Positions 38,901 through 50,756 of a DNA stretch of 64,000 bases are shown here, piece by piece. The position numbers and the translations under genes were made by a program. This DNA is from an uncultured Spirochaetota bacterium (lineage in GTDB: Bacteria > Spirochaetota > Spirochaetia > SZUA-6 > Fen-1364): contig CAWJSK010000012.1 in assembly GCA_963845535.1 (NCBI GenBank), forward strand, positions 608,001-672,000, in the 5' to 3' direction. Position 1 is the stretch's first letter, and each line of letters starts with the position of its first letter. Under the pieces are notes generated by a model. It ran no database searches. It saw only the letters and a list, made by a program, of their open reading frames with translations, and was not told where the DNA came from.

Positions 38901-41900
38901 GATAATAGTCGGGACCGCCGTACGTCTGGATGGCTCCGTTACGGCTTCTGTAGACGGTCCGGCCTTTCGTTGTATCCGAAAGGGACACCGTGTCACCTCC
39001 CTGACGGTAGAGGGTGCCGGCATTCGACAGGCTGCCGCTGATGGTCAGGTTGAGGCCGCCGGTGTCGAGACTCGCGCTCGGCTGAATCGTGACATTCGTC
39101 ACCGACGTATTCGCCGAGAGAAGCGGGTAGAGGCCGCTGCCCACCACCGGGATGGTCACCGAGTCAGAGGCCCCCGGAACTCCGGTCGGACTCCAGTTGG
39201 TGTTGGTGGCCCAGGCCGTTGTCCCGCCGAGCCACGTATAGCTCGTGCTCGCAAAGATCCAGTTCGCGTTGTTGTTCCCGCCGTTCGCCGACAAGCTCGC
39301 GGTGACCGTGCTCACCGTGGCGTTGCTGTAGCTCACGCCGACATAGCTTACGGTCTGAGGGGTGCTGAGCGCGAGGGTCCAGGCAGAGGCGGTTGTGGAT
39401 TGAAGCGTTATGAGGCTCCCCGCGGCGCCGGTCAGCGTCAGCGTCCCCGCCACCGTCTGCGTGGTCCCGGCGGTGAACGTGAGGGTCTTGCCGGCGGTCG
39501 TGCAGGCAAGGTTATAGAACGACGTAGGTGCCGCTCAGTGTGGTCGGCGTTGCCGCGGAATTGAATGTGACCGTGCCGGAGCGTGCGGTGAAAGTCCCTG
39601 TGTCGGTCCAGGAGCCACCGACCGTGATGGCATAATTCAGGCCTGATCCGACATCCAGGGTGCCGGACGTGATGTTGATCCCGCCAGTTGCCGAAATGGG
39701 TCCGCCAAGCGTGATGGTGGCGCCTGGAGCGTTGATCGTCAGGTTGTTGAACGCAAGGGCCACAGCGCCGGCGCTGAGACCGCCTCCGCCGGTCAAGATC
39801 ACAGTGCCTGAGTTGTTCACGAACGTGGTTGGCGTGAAGCTGCCGCCAACTGTCGTGAAGGTACTGGATGCGGTGAAGCTGCTCAAGGAAAGCGTCCCGC
39901 CCACGGATACCGTGCCGCCCCCGCCGGAGAAGCTTCCCGTGCCGCTGAGCGCGCCTCCAACGCTCACCGCTGAGCTGCCAGGGGAAAGGGTCCCGTTAAT
40001 CGTGAGGCTTTGGGCAACTGCCAGACTCGCGGTGAGCGTGTACGTGAAGCCCGCGTCCAGAACGAGGTTGTAATAATTGTTCCCGGTGCCATAGTACTGG
40101 ACCGCGCCGCCGGCGTTCCTGTACCAGGTGGTGCCTTCCAGCGGGTCGGTAACATTGACGCTGTCCCCTCCATGGCGATAGAGGGTCCCCTGATTCGTGA
40201 ATGTGCCCGTTACCGTCAGGGAGAATCCGCCCGTGTCGAGGGACGCCCCCGCCTGGATGGTCAGGTTCGCAACCGTATGCGCCGTGCCCGACACCGGGAA
40301 CACGGCCGGGCCGGAAGGAATCGTGACCGTATCGGTGGAGAGCGTCTGATTTGGATAGCCGGAAGTCCCGTTGTTCCAGTTTGCTTGATTCTCCCAAACG
40401 TTCGTTCCAGCCGCCCCGGTCCAGGTGTAGAAGCCTGCCGCTCCCGGGAAGAGCCAGTTCGCATTGTTGTTGCCGCCGTTGACCGAGTTGTTCGCCGTTA
40501 TTGCCGCCGAAGAAGCGGAGTTGGAGACACTTACATACGACACGCTGGCCGTTCCATTCAGCGTGATGTTCCACTGATTCAAGCCGCTTCCCCCGGAGCG
40601 TCCCAGGCCTACCAGGCTGCCGGCAGCGCCGGTGGTGGTAAAGATGCCTCCCGCTGCGATCGTCTGAGCCGAGCCGGACGCGAAGAGGATTGTCTTTCCG
40701 GGAGCGGTGCAGGTCAGGCTGTAGAACGAGGTGTTCCCGGAGATAACGCTTGTCTGTGCGGCATTCAGGAAATAGACCGTGCCCGTCCCTGCGGTAAATG
40801 TCCCGCTGTTCGACCAGTTGCCGTTCACGTATATCTGGCAGTTGGTCGCGCTCACGTTGAGGGTGGCGCCGGCACTGATCGTGAGCGAGCCGGTGAGCTG
40901 GAGGTTATAGTTCAGGGTAATCGAGGGAGGTGAGACGGCGTCAAGGGTAATGCTTGCGTAGTCCGTGGACCCGTAGTCCTGGATATATGTCCCGGCGCCG
41001 TAGTAGTCGACCGTTCCCCCCGATGCATTGTCTGTCTTGTTGAAGTAGCTATCGGTTGTAAGGTTGGAAATGGGATTCGCCATCGGGTTGCGGCGGAGGG
41101 TGCCCTGGTTGACGAAAGTCCCGTTGACGGTAACCTCTTTCGAGGCGATGTCCAGCGTTCCTCCGGATTGGATGGTCAAAGTCTGGACGGTGAGATTAGC
41201 TGTAAGGAGCGGATAGGCGCTTTTTCCGGCTGGAATGACGACCGCGTCGTTTGCGCCTGGAGTACCGTTCGGAGTCCAGTTCGTCACGGTGGTCCAGGAC
41301 GCGGTCGTCCCGTTCCACGTGTAGCTTGTTCCTGTGAAGGTCCAGCCAGTGTTGTTGCCCGAGTTCACACTGTCTGTGGCGGTGATGCCGGGTGTCGCGG
41401 TGGAGTATTGGACATCAGCGAAGGTCACGCTCGCGGTGGCGGTGCCGGCGAGCGCGATTGTATACGCGGACGCCGCAGTGCTTCGGAGAAGAATGTTTGT
41501 CCCGTTTGCCCCGGCAATTGTGAAGATGCCTCCCGTGGCAATAGTCTGCGTCGAGCCGGCAGCGAACTGGAGCGTCGCCCCTGGCGTGGTGCAGCTCAGG
41601 TTGTAGAACGTCGCACTCCCGGTCAGCACGGTTGTCTGCGCTGGGTTGAATGCGACCGTCCCGTTTCTGGGTGTGAAGGTTCCGCTGTTTGTCCAGTTGC
41701 CCCCGACTGTCAGAGAGTAGTTGGCAGCGGTTACGTCGAGAGTAGTACCTGCCTGAATTGTGACGCTCCCGGCAACAAGGAGGTTTGCCGCCAGCGTAAA
41801 GGTCAGCGTATTTGCGTTCACGACGAGGTTGTAGTAGCTGATCCCGGAGTAAGCCTGGACGGCGCCGGCGGTCGTGCGGTATTGCACGGTGCCTTCAGCC

Positions 41901-44900
41901 GGGTCGGTCTGGGAAACAAAGTCATTTCCGCGCCGAAAAAGGGTGCCGAAGTTGGAGAAAACACCGTTGATCGTGAGTGAGTTGCCCTGGGTGTCGAGGC
42001 TGGACCCTGAAGCGATAGTCAGATTGTTGAACACGCTCGTGGCTGAAAGCGTCGAGCTTCCATTGAAGATGACGATTCCCGAGCCGGGGCTGAAGCTGCC
42101 GACGCTCCACGCTCCGGCGGCATAGGTGGTTCCGCTCGTTGCCACGTAGCTTGACACCCCAAAGGCGCCTGTCACCGTCACGACGCCTGAGCCGCCATTG
42201 AGGGTTCCCGCTCCGCTCAAAGCGCCGCTGACTGAAAGGTTGTTGCTCCCCAGGGAAAGGGAACCGGGCAATGGCGAGGTTGTTGGCCACGGAGAGATTT
42301 CCGCTTGCGGACTCCGTGCCGTTTACATTGAGATTATAGAAGTTCGACGCCGCAACCGTAGAGGTCCCGCCCGTCAAGGTCACGGTGCCGTTGTTGTGAG
42401 TGAACTGACCCGGCCCCCACGGGCCGGCCACGGTTGTCGTCGCGGTGCTGGCGGAGTAGGTTGCCGGGGTGAAGGAGCCACCAACGGTCACTGCGGCACC
42501 TTGACCGTTGACGACACCTGCACCAGAGATGCTGCCGGAAACCGAGACGTTGTTACCGGCGGTGAAGACGCCCGCGGAGTTTACCGTGAGCCCTCCCGTC
42601 ACCGTGACGTTTTGCCCCGCGGCACTGAGCGTCCCCGAATTGACGACGAGATTCCCGTTCACTGTCAGCGCATTTCCCAGGGTGAAGGTCTGGCCGACCG
42701 AATCGACGGTGAGGTTGTAGTAACCGATGTTCAGGATTGTACCGCCCGTTCCGTTATAGACGAAGGTACCCGAAGCCGGGCTGGCGGGAGCCGTTGCGGT
42801 GGAACTCAGGTAGACTGTGCCAGAGTTGTTGAACGCGCCGGAGACGGCAAGCGAAGCTGTGCCCACCAGAGTCAGCGAGGCATTGCTCTGGATCGTGAGC
42901 GTTGCAACTGAGCCGCTCGCGCCGGCGGCGATGCTCGGCATGTTGGACGGCCCTGCTGGAACGGTGACATTGCTTGTGGCACCGGGAACCGCGGTGTTCG
43001 GGTTCCAGTTGCCTGCCGTGTTCCAGTCCGTCCCGACCGCCCCGGTCCAAATGACGGTGCTCGCGGGCGGGGTGATCGTCCAGTTCACGTTGCCCCCGCC
43101 ATCGATGCTGTTCGTGGCGGTAATCGTATTGCCGCCGCTTGCGTTGCTGTTCTGGGGATCAACATACTGGGCCGCGGGAGCCGCGCTCGTGACGTTGAAA
43201 AACCACGCGGAGCCCGCCGCACTGCTGACCAGATTTATCAGGGACGAGGCGGCGCCCTGCAGGGTCAGCGTGCCCGAAACAGACTGCGTGCTCCCCGCGG
43301 TGAAGATGAGGGACTTGTTCCCCGTCGTGCAAGCAAGATTGTTGAATGATGTCGAACCGCTCAGAGTCGATGACTGACCTGCGTTGTTGAAGGTGACCGT
43401 GCCGGTTCCCTTGTTGAAAGTCCCCGAGTTGGACCAGTTGCCGCCAACGGTAATCCCGTTCGCGCCGGCGTTCAGCGACCCCTGGATCGAGAGATTGCCC
43501 TGAACGGCAACGGCGCTGCTCAGCGAGGCGGTTGTCGAGGAGCCGATTGTAACGCTCGAAAAATAATTGGAGGCGCCCTGGGTAATGGTCGGAGCGGCCC
43601 CTGTCAGTTGAATGGTGCCTCCGGACGGGGTGAAGGTGACACCGGAATCATTCCAGTTGCCCGCAATGAGGTGAGTGCCGCTTCCCGGCGAGAACGTCCC
43701 CGCGGTGAGCGCAAGGGCGTTGGAGACGGTGAGACTTCCGGTGGCGGTCAGCGTGCCGCCGGCAAGGGCAAGGCTGTAGAACGTGTAGGTACCGACCGAC
43801 GCGCCGGCGCCGTTGAAGCTCACCGTCCCGCTGTCGTTCGCGAAGCTCGCGGGGTTGAAAGCACCGGCGACCGTTGTCGTCCCCGTGGTGGCATTATATG
43901 TGCCTACGGAAAGGCCGCCGTTGATCAAGATGGTCGCCGAGCCGCCGTTGAACGTCCCCGTTCCCGAAACCGAACCATAGATATTCAGCGTGCCGAAGGC
44001 ATTGAGAGTGCCGAAGATCCGGGCCGCGGAGGTGGTACCGCTGGACCCGATATTGAGGTTGGCACCAGGGTTGAAGGTGGTCCCAGCCGGAATGTAGAGC
44101 GTGGTCCCGTTCACCAGGTTCCCGCTTGCCTGGAGATAGAGATTGGTCGCGCCCGCCGTGCCGTTGTTTGCGGCAATCATGTCTGCAACGGTGGGCGAAC
44201 CGCCGTTGTCGTTTCTGACGATGACACGGTTCTCATAGATATTGAGCCCTGAGAGACTGCCGCCATTTGAGGTAGTGACTGCAGCGCCGTAGGGAGGACC
44301 GGTCTGCAGATAGGCCAGGAGGCGATTACCAGCGGAAAGGTCTGCCGTCGGGACAGCGATGGCGTAAAAACCCGACGAGTTTGTGGTGGTCGTAAAGAGG
44401 TTTGTGCCGGCGGTTGTCCCGCCGTTTACCGAAAGGTTGACAGTGTTGCCCGAGCCGATCGGCGTCAACCCCTCGTCGCTGTAGACTGTGCCGGAGATGA
44501 AAACCTGCGGTGTATTGGTTTCTACGGAAGAAGGGTTGCTCTCGGTCTTGCTTACGGTTGTGTATTCCGCGGCAATCCAGTTCGCCGAGCGCGCGGTATG
44601 AGAGACCCGTGCCTCGCCCATCGTGCCAAAGAATGTGCGGTCGGAAACGGCAAGCGTATCGTTGCCGAGGACCAGGTTCTCGTTGCCTGCGGCCGACCAC
44701 AATGTGGTCCCCGCCAGCGCCACCGTACTGCCCGTCACGGGAGAGCCATCAAGATAGAGGATGAGCTGGCCCGTTGCGGAGCTCCACGTTGCCGCAAAAT
44801 AATGCCAAACCCCGGTCGAGACTACGCCGCTTCCCCCTGTGCCTGGGTTGTCATCTTCGCTTGTTTCGGTTCCCCCGTTGTTCGTGTTCATCACCACGCG

Positions 44901-45704
44901 GGTGGTGAAGTTAGGAGCATCAGCGTTCGGATCAAGGATGAGGGAGAAAATCACGTCAGTCGCGGCTGTCCCGTTGGCTTTTGAGTAGAGTCTCTGAATG
45001 TTGCTCCCTTGATCCTGTCCCGTGAGGTTGAACCACGTTCCAAATGTTATAGCGGACCACGAGTCGGTCACTATGTTATTCACGTTTATCAGGTTGCCGC
45101 CGGGGCCGCCGGAAGTCTGTCCGTTGAGGGACTGACCCCCATTATCGACTATCCCCGCCGCAGATCCGGTCCCCTGCTGGGCGCCATTCGTTCCGTTGGC
45201 GGTCGAATCGTAGAAAATGGCGGTGTTCTGGCCGGCGGTGGCCTGCTGGTTGAGATGGAGAACCATTTGAAAGTTGGAATCCCAGACCGCCGTCGGATTC
45301 TGTTGATTGGAGGACCCTGGGTTGCCGTAATACATATAGATTGTAACGGTGCCCGTGGCCGTCAGGGTCGGCACGTTGACCCATGCCTCCAGGTCCTGGC
45401 CGACAGGATCATACTTCTCAATCTCGTGAGCTAGCTGGGTGACGCCGTCGGACGCCGTGAAGAGGATGTCGTAGCCGTTTGTTTTCGCCTGCGAGAACAC
45501 GGCGCTCGCCCCCGCCGGGCTGGCCCCCGTGATTTTCACGAGAACCGGGAAGTTGCTGAGAGACCCGGAAAGGGCAAGACCGAGGTTGATGCTGATCTGC
45601 TGCCGGTACTGCCATGAGCTCGAGTACCAGGATTGTGCGAAAAGGTGAAACGGAACAAGGACAACCCACAGCGCCGCCAGAACGAGGACGGCAAGAATCC
45701 TCAC
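29967..45704 (-). CDS. Giant secreted beta-strand-repeat surface protein (about 5,240 codons): DUF2341/LamG-like N-terminus, C-terminal FlgD-Ig-like domain; about 13 frameshifts as assembled
   Basis: Contiguous ORF pieces from 41922..45824 down to 29967..30578 share G/T/S/N/A-rich repeats (GGNWxNxGTF..GTVTFN, TFYNLT). Signal peptide from GTG 45704; WQYRQQI..NFPVLV..YMYYGN (DUF2341-like); C-terminal VTITVFDLSG...WDGKNRGGRAVARGIYFIRV. Confidence 0.85.
34611..37760 (-). repeat. Nested in-frame repeats: two ~1485-bp blocks, each with three 321-bp units
   Basis: Homologous anchors at 35211/35532/35853 and 36698/37019/37340 (321-bp period). TGTTGTCCACCGTCAGGTT at 34611, 36097 and 37584. Confidence 0.9.
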
Positions 45705-46098
45705 GCGCTTTCCTGTCACGACGACAGCGTGCTCGGGAACATGCGCCGAGAATGCTAAGTGGCGGGGGCTACAGCGTCGACGAACAGCGTTGACATTCAT
45801 GCAACAAGCGATTCCTTGAACCATTCCGAAGGCCCTTGGAGATCACTTTGATTAATTCTTAGCCGCCGCGGCCGGGGCCCAGCCAACCCCGTACAGGCCT
45901 CGAACTCACACTGCTTTCCATACGGGGCCCCCTGACCAGCGAATGCCGATTCAGAAAAGGAATTTCGAAAACCGAATGCTGGTAGATAGTATATCTTGCT
46001 GCGCAAAAACTTCCAAGACATGCAGCGATGATCGAGGCTTGAAATCTCTGCGCGTCCCTCCGATAATCCTTCCCAATCGAACGGGATCGGAGGCTTTC

Positions 46099-47004
46099 GT
46101 GAAATCCAGTGGAGAAATCATTGCGCGGGCCGGCGAGCTGGGGATCGCGCTGCCGGCATTCAACATCCCGTTCCCTCCCATGATGCAAGCCGTGGTCCGG
46201 GCCGTCGTGGACGAGGACTCGTTTGCCCTGGTCGAGGTGGCCCGCATCGAATGGCTTACGTTCGGCATCGAAGGCCCTGACCGTTTCATGCGGGAGTACC
46301 GCAGCTGCGCGGACCCCGGGCACGTTCGCACCCACCTGGACCACATCCCCGTGGTGGATGAAGAAGGCCGGACCGTGGACTACCGGCCGTTCTTCGAGAA
46401 GGCCATCGCTTTGGGATTCGATTCCGTTATGATAGACGGATCGCACCTTCCGCTCGAGCAGAACATCGCTGCCACAAAGGAGATTGCCTCACTCGCTCAT
46501 TCCGCCTTCGTTCCCTGCGAGGCGGAGCTCGGCGCAATCCTGCGCTTCGGGTCCGGGCGTGTCCCGCCGTATGAAGAGCTGTTCGCTTCCGGGGCCGGCT
46601 TCACGAAAGTGGATGAGGCGGTGCGCTTCGTGCGGGAAACGGGCTGCGACTGGCTTTCTGTGTCCATCGGCAACATCCACGGGGCGGTCGTGGCAGCGCT
46701 CCGCGACAAGCCCAAGGGAGAGTCGCGCTTGAACCTCGAGCACCTGGAGACGCTCCACGAGGCAACGGGGGTTCCCATCGTCCTGCATGGCGGCTCGGGC
46801 GTCCGGCATGAGGACGTTCTTGCCGGCATGAAGCGCGGCATCGCGAAGGTCAATGTGGGTTTCGAGATCCGCAAAGCATACGAGGACGCGCTGAAATCCA
46901 CCTCAAGCGTGGAGGCGGGACGGGACGCGGTTTACGCGCGCACCCGGTCGCTGCTCAGGGATTATTTCAGAATCTCCGGCATCGCCCGGACAATTCTTTC
47001 ATGA
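46099..47004 (+). CDS. Class II fructose/tagatose-bisphosphate aldolase family protein
   Basis: PAFNI, HLDH, FDSVMIDGS, CEAELG, SIGNIHG, VLHGGSG, KVNVG. GGAGG then GTG at 46099. Confidence 0.9.
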   Translation: MKSSGEIIARAGELGIALPAFNIPFPPMMQAVVRAVVDEDSFALVEVARIEWLTFGIEGPDRFMREYRSCADPGHVRTHLDHIPVVDEEGRTVDYRPFFEKAIALGFDSVMIDGSHLPLEQNIAATKEIASLAHSAFVPCEAELGAILRFGSGRVPPYEELFASGAGFTKVDEAVRFVRETGCDWLSVSIGNIHGAVVAALRDKPKGESRLNLEHLETLHEATGVPIVLHGGSGVRHEDVLAGMKRGIAKVNVGFEIRKAYEDALKSTSSVEAGRDAVYARTRSLLRDYFRISGIARTILS

Positions 47005-48509
47005 GCCTTCTCGGCATCGACATAGGAACCACGGGTTGCAAGGCCGCCGCTTTCACCCCGGAGGGCCGGCTCCTCTCTCTTTCCTATGAGGAATACGATG
47101 TAAGGAGCGCAACTGCCGGCCGGGCCGAGCTTGATCCGCATGAAGTATGGTCCAAGGTTCAAGGAGTGATTGCCAAGGCTGCCCGGGAAGCGGCAAAGGA
47201 CCCGGTGCAGGCGCTTGCCGTGTCGTCTCTCGGAGAAGCCGTTGTCCCTGTCAGCAAAAACCGGGAAATCCTCGGGCCCTCCATTCTCAATTTCGACTCT
47301 CGCGGAGCGGAGTATGTCGAAGGCCTGAGAACCAAGCTGGATCCGGAGGAGCTGTACCGCGTCAACGGGAACCCCTTGGAGAACTGGTACACGCTGCCGA
47401 AGCTTCTTTGGATCAAGGACAAGGAGCGGGAGCTGTACGAACGGACGTTCAAGTTCCTCCATTGGGGGGCATTCGTTCCTTTCATGCTCGGCACGGACCC
47501 GGCCATCGACTACTCCCTTGCCAATAGATCTCTCCTCTTCGACATGGACCGCGCATGCTGGTCGCGTGATATCGCCCAAACGGCGGGCATCAACACGGAA
47601 AAGCTCCCCACGCCCGTTCCGTCGGCATCCGCTCTGGGACGGGTCTCCGCAGAGGCATCGCGGCTCACGGGGCTTCCTGAGGGAACACTGATCGCGGCGG
47701 GAGCGCATGACCAGTGCTCCAACGCGGTGGGCTCCGGAGTCGTTTCCGAGCGGGTGGCGATGTGCGGTATGGGCAGCTTCCTCTGCGTCGTTCCGGTGTT
47801 CAGCCGCCGGCCCGAGCCGCGAGCAATGCTCGCGCGCGGCCTCAACACGGAGCACCATGCGGCCCCCGGACGGTACGTTAGCTTCCTGTACACCCGGGGC
47901 GGCTCGCTTGTGAAATGGTACAGGGACACGTTCGCGCGCCGTGAGCGGGACCTGGCGGCGGAGCAAGGGCAGGACATCTACGAGCTTCTCCTTGCTGAAA
48001 TGCCGTCCGGGCCGGGCAGGATAACGGTTCTCCCCCGCTTTGCGCCCATGGGGCCACCGGACTTCGCCTCGGATGCCGGGGGAGTTATTGCCGGGATGAC
48101 CCTGGAGACGACCCGCGGGGAGATCCTTCGCGGCATCATTGAAGGGACGGTGTTCCACGTCAAGGACATGGTGGAGAGCATCGTTTCGGCGGGCGTTGCG
48201 ATCGACGAGTTTCGGGCGGTCGGCGGCGGCAGCAAGTCTGCCGCGTGGGTCGGGATGTGCGCGGACGTCTTCGGACGGCCCGTGGTCCGGTCACGCGTGC
48301 CGGAAGCCGGCTGCCTGGGCGCCGCCATCATGGCGGGGATCGGCTGCGGCAGATTCAGCGGATTTTCCGAGGGTGTCGAAGCCATGGTATCGCTCGGAGA
48401 CCGCGTGGAGCCGGACACCGCGCGCGCAAAGGAATATGAGACGGGCTACCACAAATATCGGGAGCTCTGGCCGCTTCTCAAGGACTACGTGAGGAAAGCG
48501 TATGGATGA
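47001..48509 (+). CDS. FGGY-family carbohydrate kinase (xylulokinase-like)
   Basis: LLGIDIGTTGCK, AGAHDQ, VGGGSKS, EAGCLGAA. Confidence 0.92.
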   Translation: MSLLGIDIGTTGCKAAAFTPEGRLLSLSYEEYDVRSATAGRAELDPHEVWSKVQGVIAKAAREAAKDPVQALAVSSLGEAVVPVSKNREILGPSILNFDSRGAEYVEGLRTKLDPEELYRVNGNPLENWYTLPKLLWIKDKERELYERTFKFLHWGAFVPFMLGTDPAIDYSLANRSLLFDMDRACWSRDIAQTAGINTEKLPTPVPSASALGRVSAEASRLTGLPEGTLIAAGAHDQCSNAVGSGVVSERVAMCGMGSFLCVVPVFSRRPEPRAMLARGLNTEHHAAPGRYVSFLYTRGGSLVKWYRDTFARRERDLAAEQGQDIYELLLAEMPSGPGRITVLPRFAPMGPPDFASDAGGVIAGMTLETTRGEILRGIIEGTVFHVKDMVESIVSAGVAIDEFRAVGGGSKSAAWVGMCADVFGRPVVRSRVPEAGCLGAAIMAGIGCGRFSGFSEGVEAMVSLGDRVEPDTARAKEYETGYHKYRELWPLLKDYVRKAYG

Positions 48510-49791
48510 TTCCGGGAAGGGACGGTTGCCGCCGTCGTTTCGCAAGCTGGATGTCGCGGCAAGGCGCGCGGCGCTCAGGAGTGCCTTCCCTTTCCCCGAC
48601 GACGAGTGGGCGGGCACCGCCGCGTCCCCCGAAACGCTGGAGCTTCTGGACGTGATGGTGGAGTCCACTGTCGGGTGCGTTCCGCTTCCGCTGGGGATTG
48701 CGCAGGGATTCCTGATCGATGATAAAGAGGTCCTGATTCCGATGGCCGTGGAAGAGCCTTCCGTCATCACGGCTGCTTCGTTTGCCGCGCGCCTTGTGAG
48801 AGAGGACGGCGGCTTCCGCACGCGGGCATCCGACCCGCTCATGACCGCGCAGGTCTTTCTCGAATCGGTGACTGTTCCCGGGGAGCGGGCGCTCATGGAA
48901 TGCGAGGCGGAGCTGCGCCGCGCGCTGGCCGGTCCCCTGACCTCCCTTTCACGCCGCGGCGGCGGCTACCGGTCATTTCAGGTGGCGCGCCTGCCTTCGG
49001 GCACGGTGCGCGTGGACCTCGTCATCGACGTGCGTGACGCGCTGGGGGCAAACCGCCTGAATACCGCCGCTGAAAGCGTGCGCCCGCTCCTGGAACGGGT
49101 GAGCGGAGGGCGCGCGCTCATGGCCATTCTGTCCAACGCCGCCGCCCAGAGGCTTGCAGGCGCGCGTTTCTCCATCCCCGTCGAGCGCCTGGGGCGCGGT
49201 CTTCCGGCGGGCATGAGCGGCCAGGAGGCTGCGCGAAGGATTGCAGCGGCATCCGTTGTCGCGCAAGAAGACCCGTCGCGCGCCGTCACGCACAACAAGG
49301 GAATCATGAACGGCATTGCAAGCCTTGCTCTTGCGACTCTGAACGACACGCGCGCGGTAGAAGCGGCCGCCCATCTCTGGGCTTGCCGGGACGGCACCTA
49401 CCGCGGTCTCAGCCGCTACTCCACTGACGACGCCACCCTGACCGGGGAAATCGAGCTCCCTTTGCCCTTGGCGAGCGTCGGCGCGTCCGTGGACTTTCAC
49501 CCCGCGGCCCGCGCAAGCTTGCGGATCCTCGGCAGCCCGGATGCGCAGCGCCTTTCGAGAATCGCGGCCGCACTCGGCCTGGCGCAGAACTTCGCCGCCG
49601 TTCTGGCCCTCGTGACGCACGGAATCCAGAAGGGGCACATGAAGTACCACGCCGCCAGGCTCGCGTTCCTTGCCGGGGCGCGCGGGGCGGAGGTCCGACG
49701 ACTGGCGGATATGCTTTCTTCCGCGGGAAGCGGTGACCTCGCCTCGGCCAGCGCTCTCCTCGAAGGGCTGCGCGCCGAGCGTTCCCCATGA
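48502..49791 (+). CDS. mvaA: Class II HMG-CoA reductase
   Basis: ESTVG..PLGIA, PMAVEEPSVITAAS, DALGAN, RAVTHNKGIMNG, NDTRAVEA, GIQKGHMKYH. Confidence 0.93.
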   Translation: MDDSGKGRLPPSFRKLDVAARRAALRSAFPFPDDEWAGTAASPETLELLDVMVESTVGCVPLPLGIAQGFLIDDKEVLIPMAVEEPSVITAASFAARLVREDGGFRTRASDPLMTAQVFLESVTVPGERALMECEAELRRALAGPLTSLSRRGGGYRSFQVARLPSGTVRVDLVIDVRDALGANRLNTAAESVRPLLERVSGGRALMAILSNAAAQRLAGARFSIPVERLGRGLPAGMSGQEAARRIAAASVVAQEDPSRAVTHNKGIMNGIASLALATLNDTRAVEAAAHLWACRDGTYRGLSRYSTDDATLTGEIELPLPLASVGASVDFHPAARASLRILGSPDAQRLSRIAAALGLAQNFAAVLALVTHGIQKGHMKYHAARLAFLAGARGAEVRRLADMLSSAGSGDLASASALLEGLRAERSP

Positions 49792-50756
49792 GCGCATGGG
49801 CTGCATGCAGGGCTTCTCCGAGCCTGGCGCTCCTGAAGTACTGGGGGAAGCTGGACGGTGAGGACAATCTTCCGGCGACACCGAGCCTGGCGGTAACCCT
49901 GGGCGGCCTGTATACGGACACCTGGGTGCGCCCGGCGCCGGAGGACTCCATGCACCTTGACGGCGCCGTCCAAGAGGCTGCTCGATACACGCGGTTTTTC
50001 GACCGCTTGCGCACCGTGGTTGGGGTCACACACGGTTTCGAGGCCCGAAGCCGCAACTCCTTTCCCACCGCTGCCGGCCTGGCAAGCTCCTCGTCCGGCT
50101 TTGCCGCGCTGGCCGGTGCGTGCGTGCGCGCGGCCGCCCGGGAGCTGGCGGCGTCGGAGATTTCAGCGATTGCCCGCGAGGGCTCTGCATCAGCCGCCCG
50201 GTCGATCTTCGGGGGTTTCGTGTTTTTTCCCGCGGGCGCCAGGTCCGCCGCACAGCTGTTTGGTGACGAACACTGGCCCTCGCTGCGGGTCATCGTAGCG
50301 GTCACGCGGCGCGCGGAGAAGCCGCTTTCCTCACGGGAGGCAATGCGGCGTACGGCTTCCACCTCCCCGTTCTACGCGGAGTGGGTCGAGAAATCCCAGG
50401 CGCTTGTTGCGGATGCGCTTGCGGCGCTGGAGAAGCGTGACCTGGAGAAAATCGGGGAGCTGGTGCGCGCGAGCTCCAGCATGATGCACGCCACAATGCT
50501 GGCCGCTCGGCCGCCCATCCTGTACTGGCTCCCCGAGACGCTTGCGGTCATGCATGCATGCAGTGAGCTCAGGAGAGGCGGGACGGGAGCATGGGAGACA
50601 ATCGACGCCGGCCCGCAGGTAAAGATCCTCTGTGAAGCTCAGGATGGGGACAAAGTGATCCGCGCTGTGAAGGAAAGCGCCCCGGAGGTGGAGACACTCA
50701 CGTGCTTCCCCGGGCAAGGGATCAAGCTTGGCGCCGCCGAGGAGCCCGGCGCGTGA
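49788..50756 (+). CDS. mvaD: Diphosphomevalonate decarboxylase
   Basis: SLALLKYWGK, NSFPTAAGLASSSSGFAAL, GSASAARS, TIDAGPQVK. Confidence 0.93.
   Translation: MSAWAACRASPSLALLKYWGKLDGEDNLPATPSLAVTLGGLYTDTWVRPAPEDSMHLDGAVQEAARYTRFFDRLRTVVGVTHGFEARSRNSFPTAAGLASSSSGFAALAGACVRAAARELAASEISAIAREGSASAARSIFGGFVFFPAGARSAAQLFGDEHWPSLRVIVAVTRRAEKPLSSREAMRRTASTSPFYAEWVEKSQALVADALAALEKRDLEKIGELVRASSSMMHATMLAARPPILYWLPETLAVMHACSELRRGGTGAWETIDAGPQVKILCEAQDGDKVIRAVKESAPEVETLTCFPGQGIKLGAAEEPGA

Noticed and set aside
45830..45960. Stem CCCCGTA...TACGGGG upstream of the giant gene as a riboswitch
   Set aside because: I could not match it to a c-di-GMP or other known aptamer consensus by eye; an Rfam/Infernal scan would be needed.
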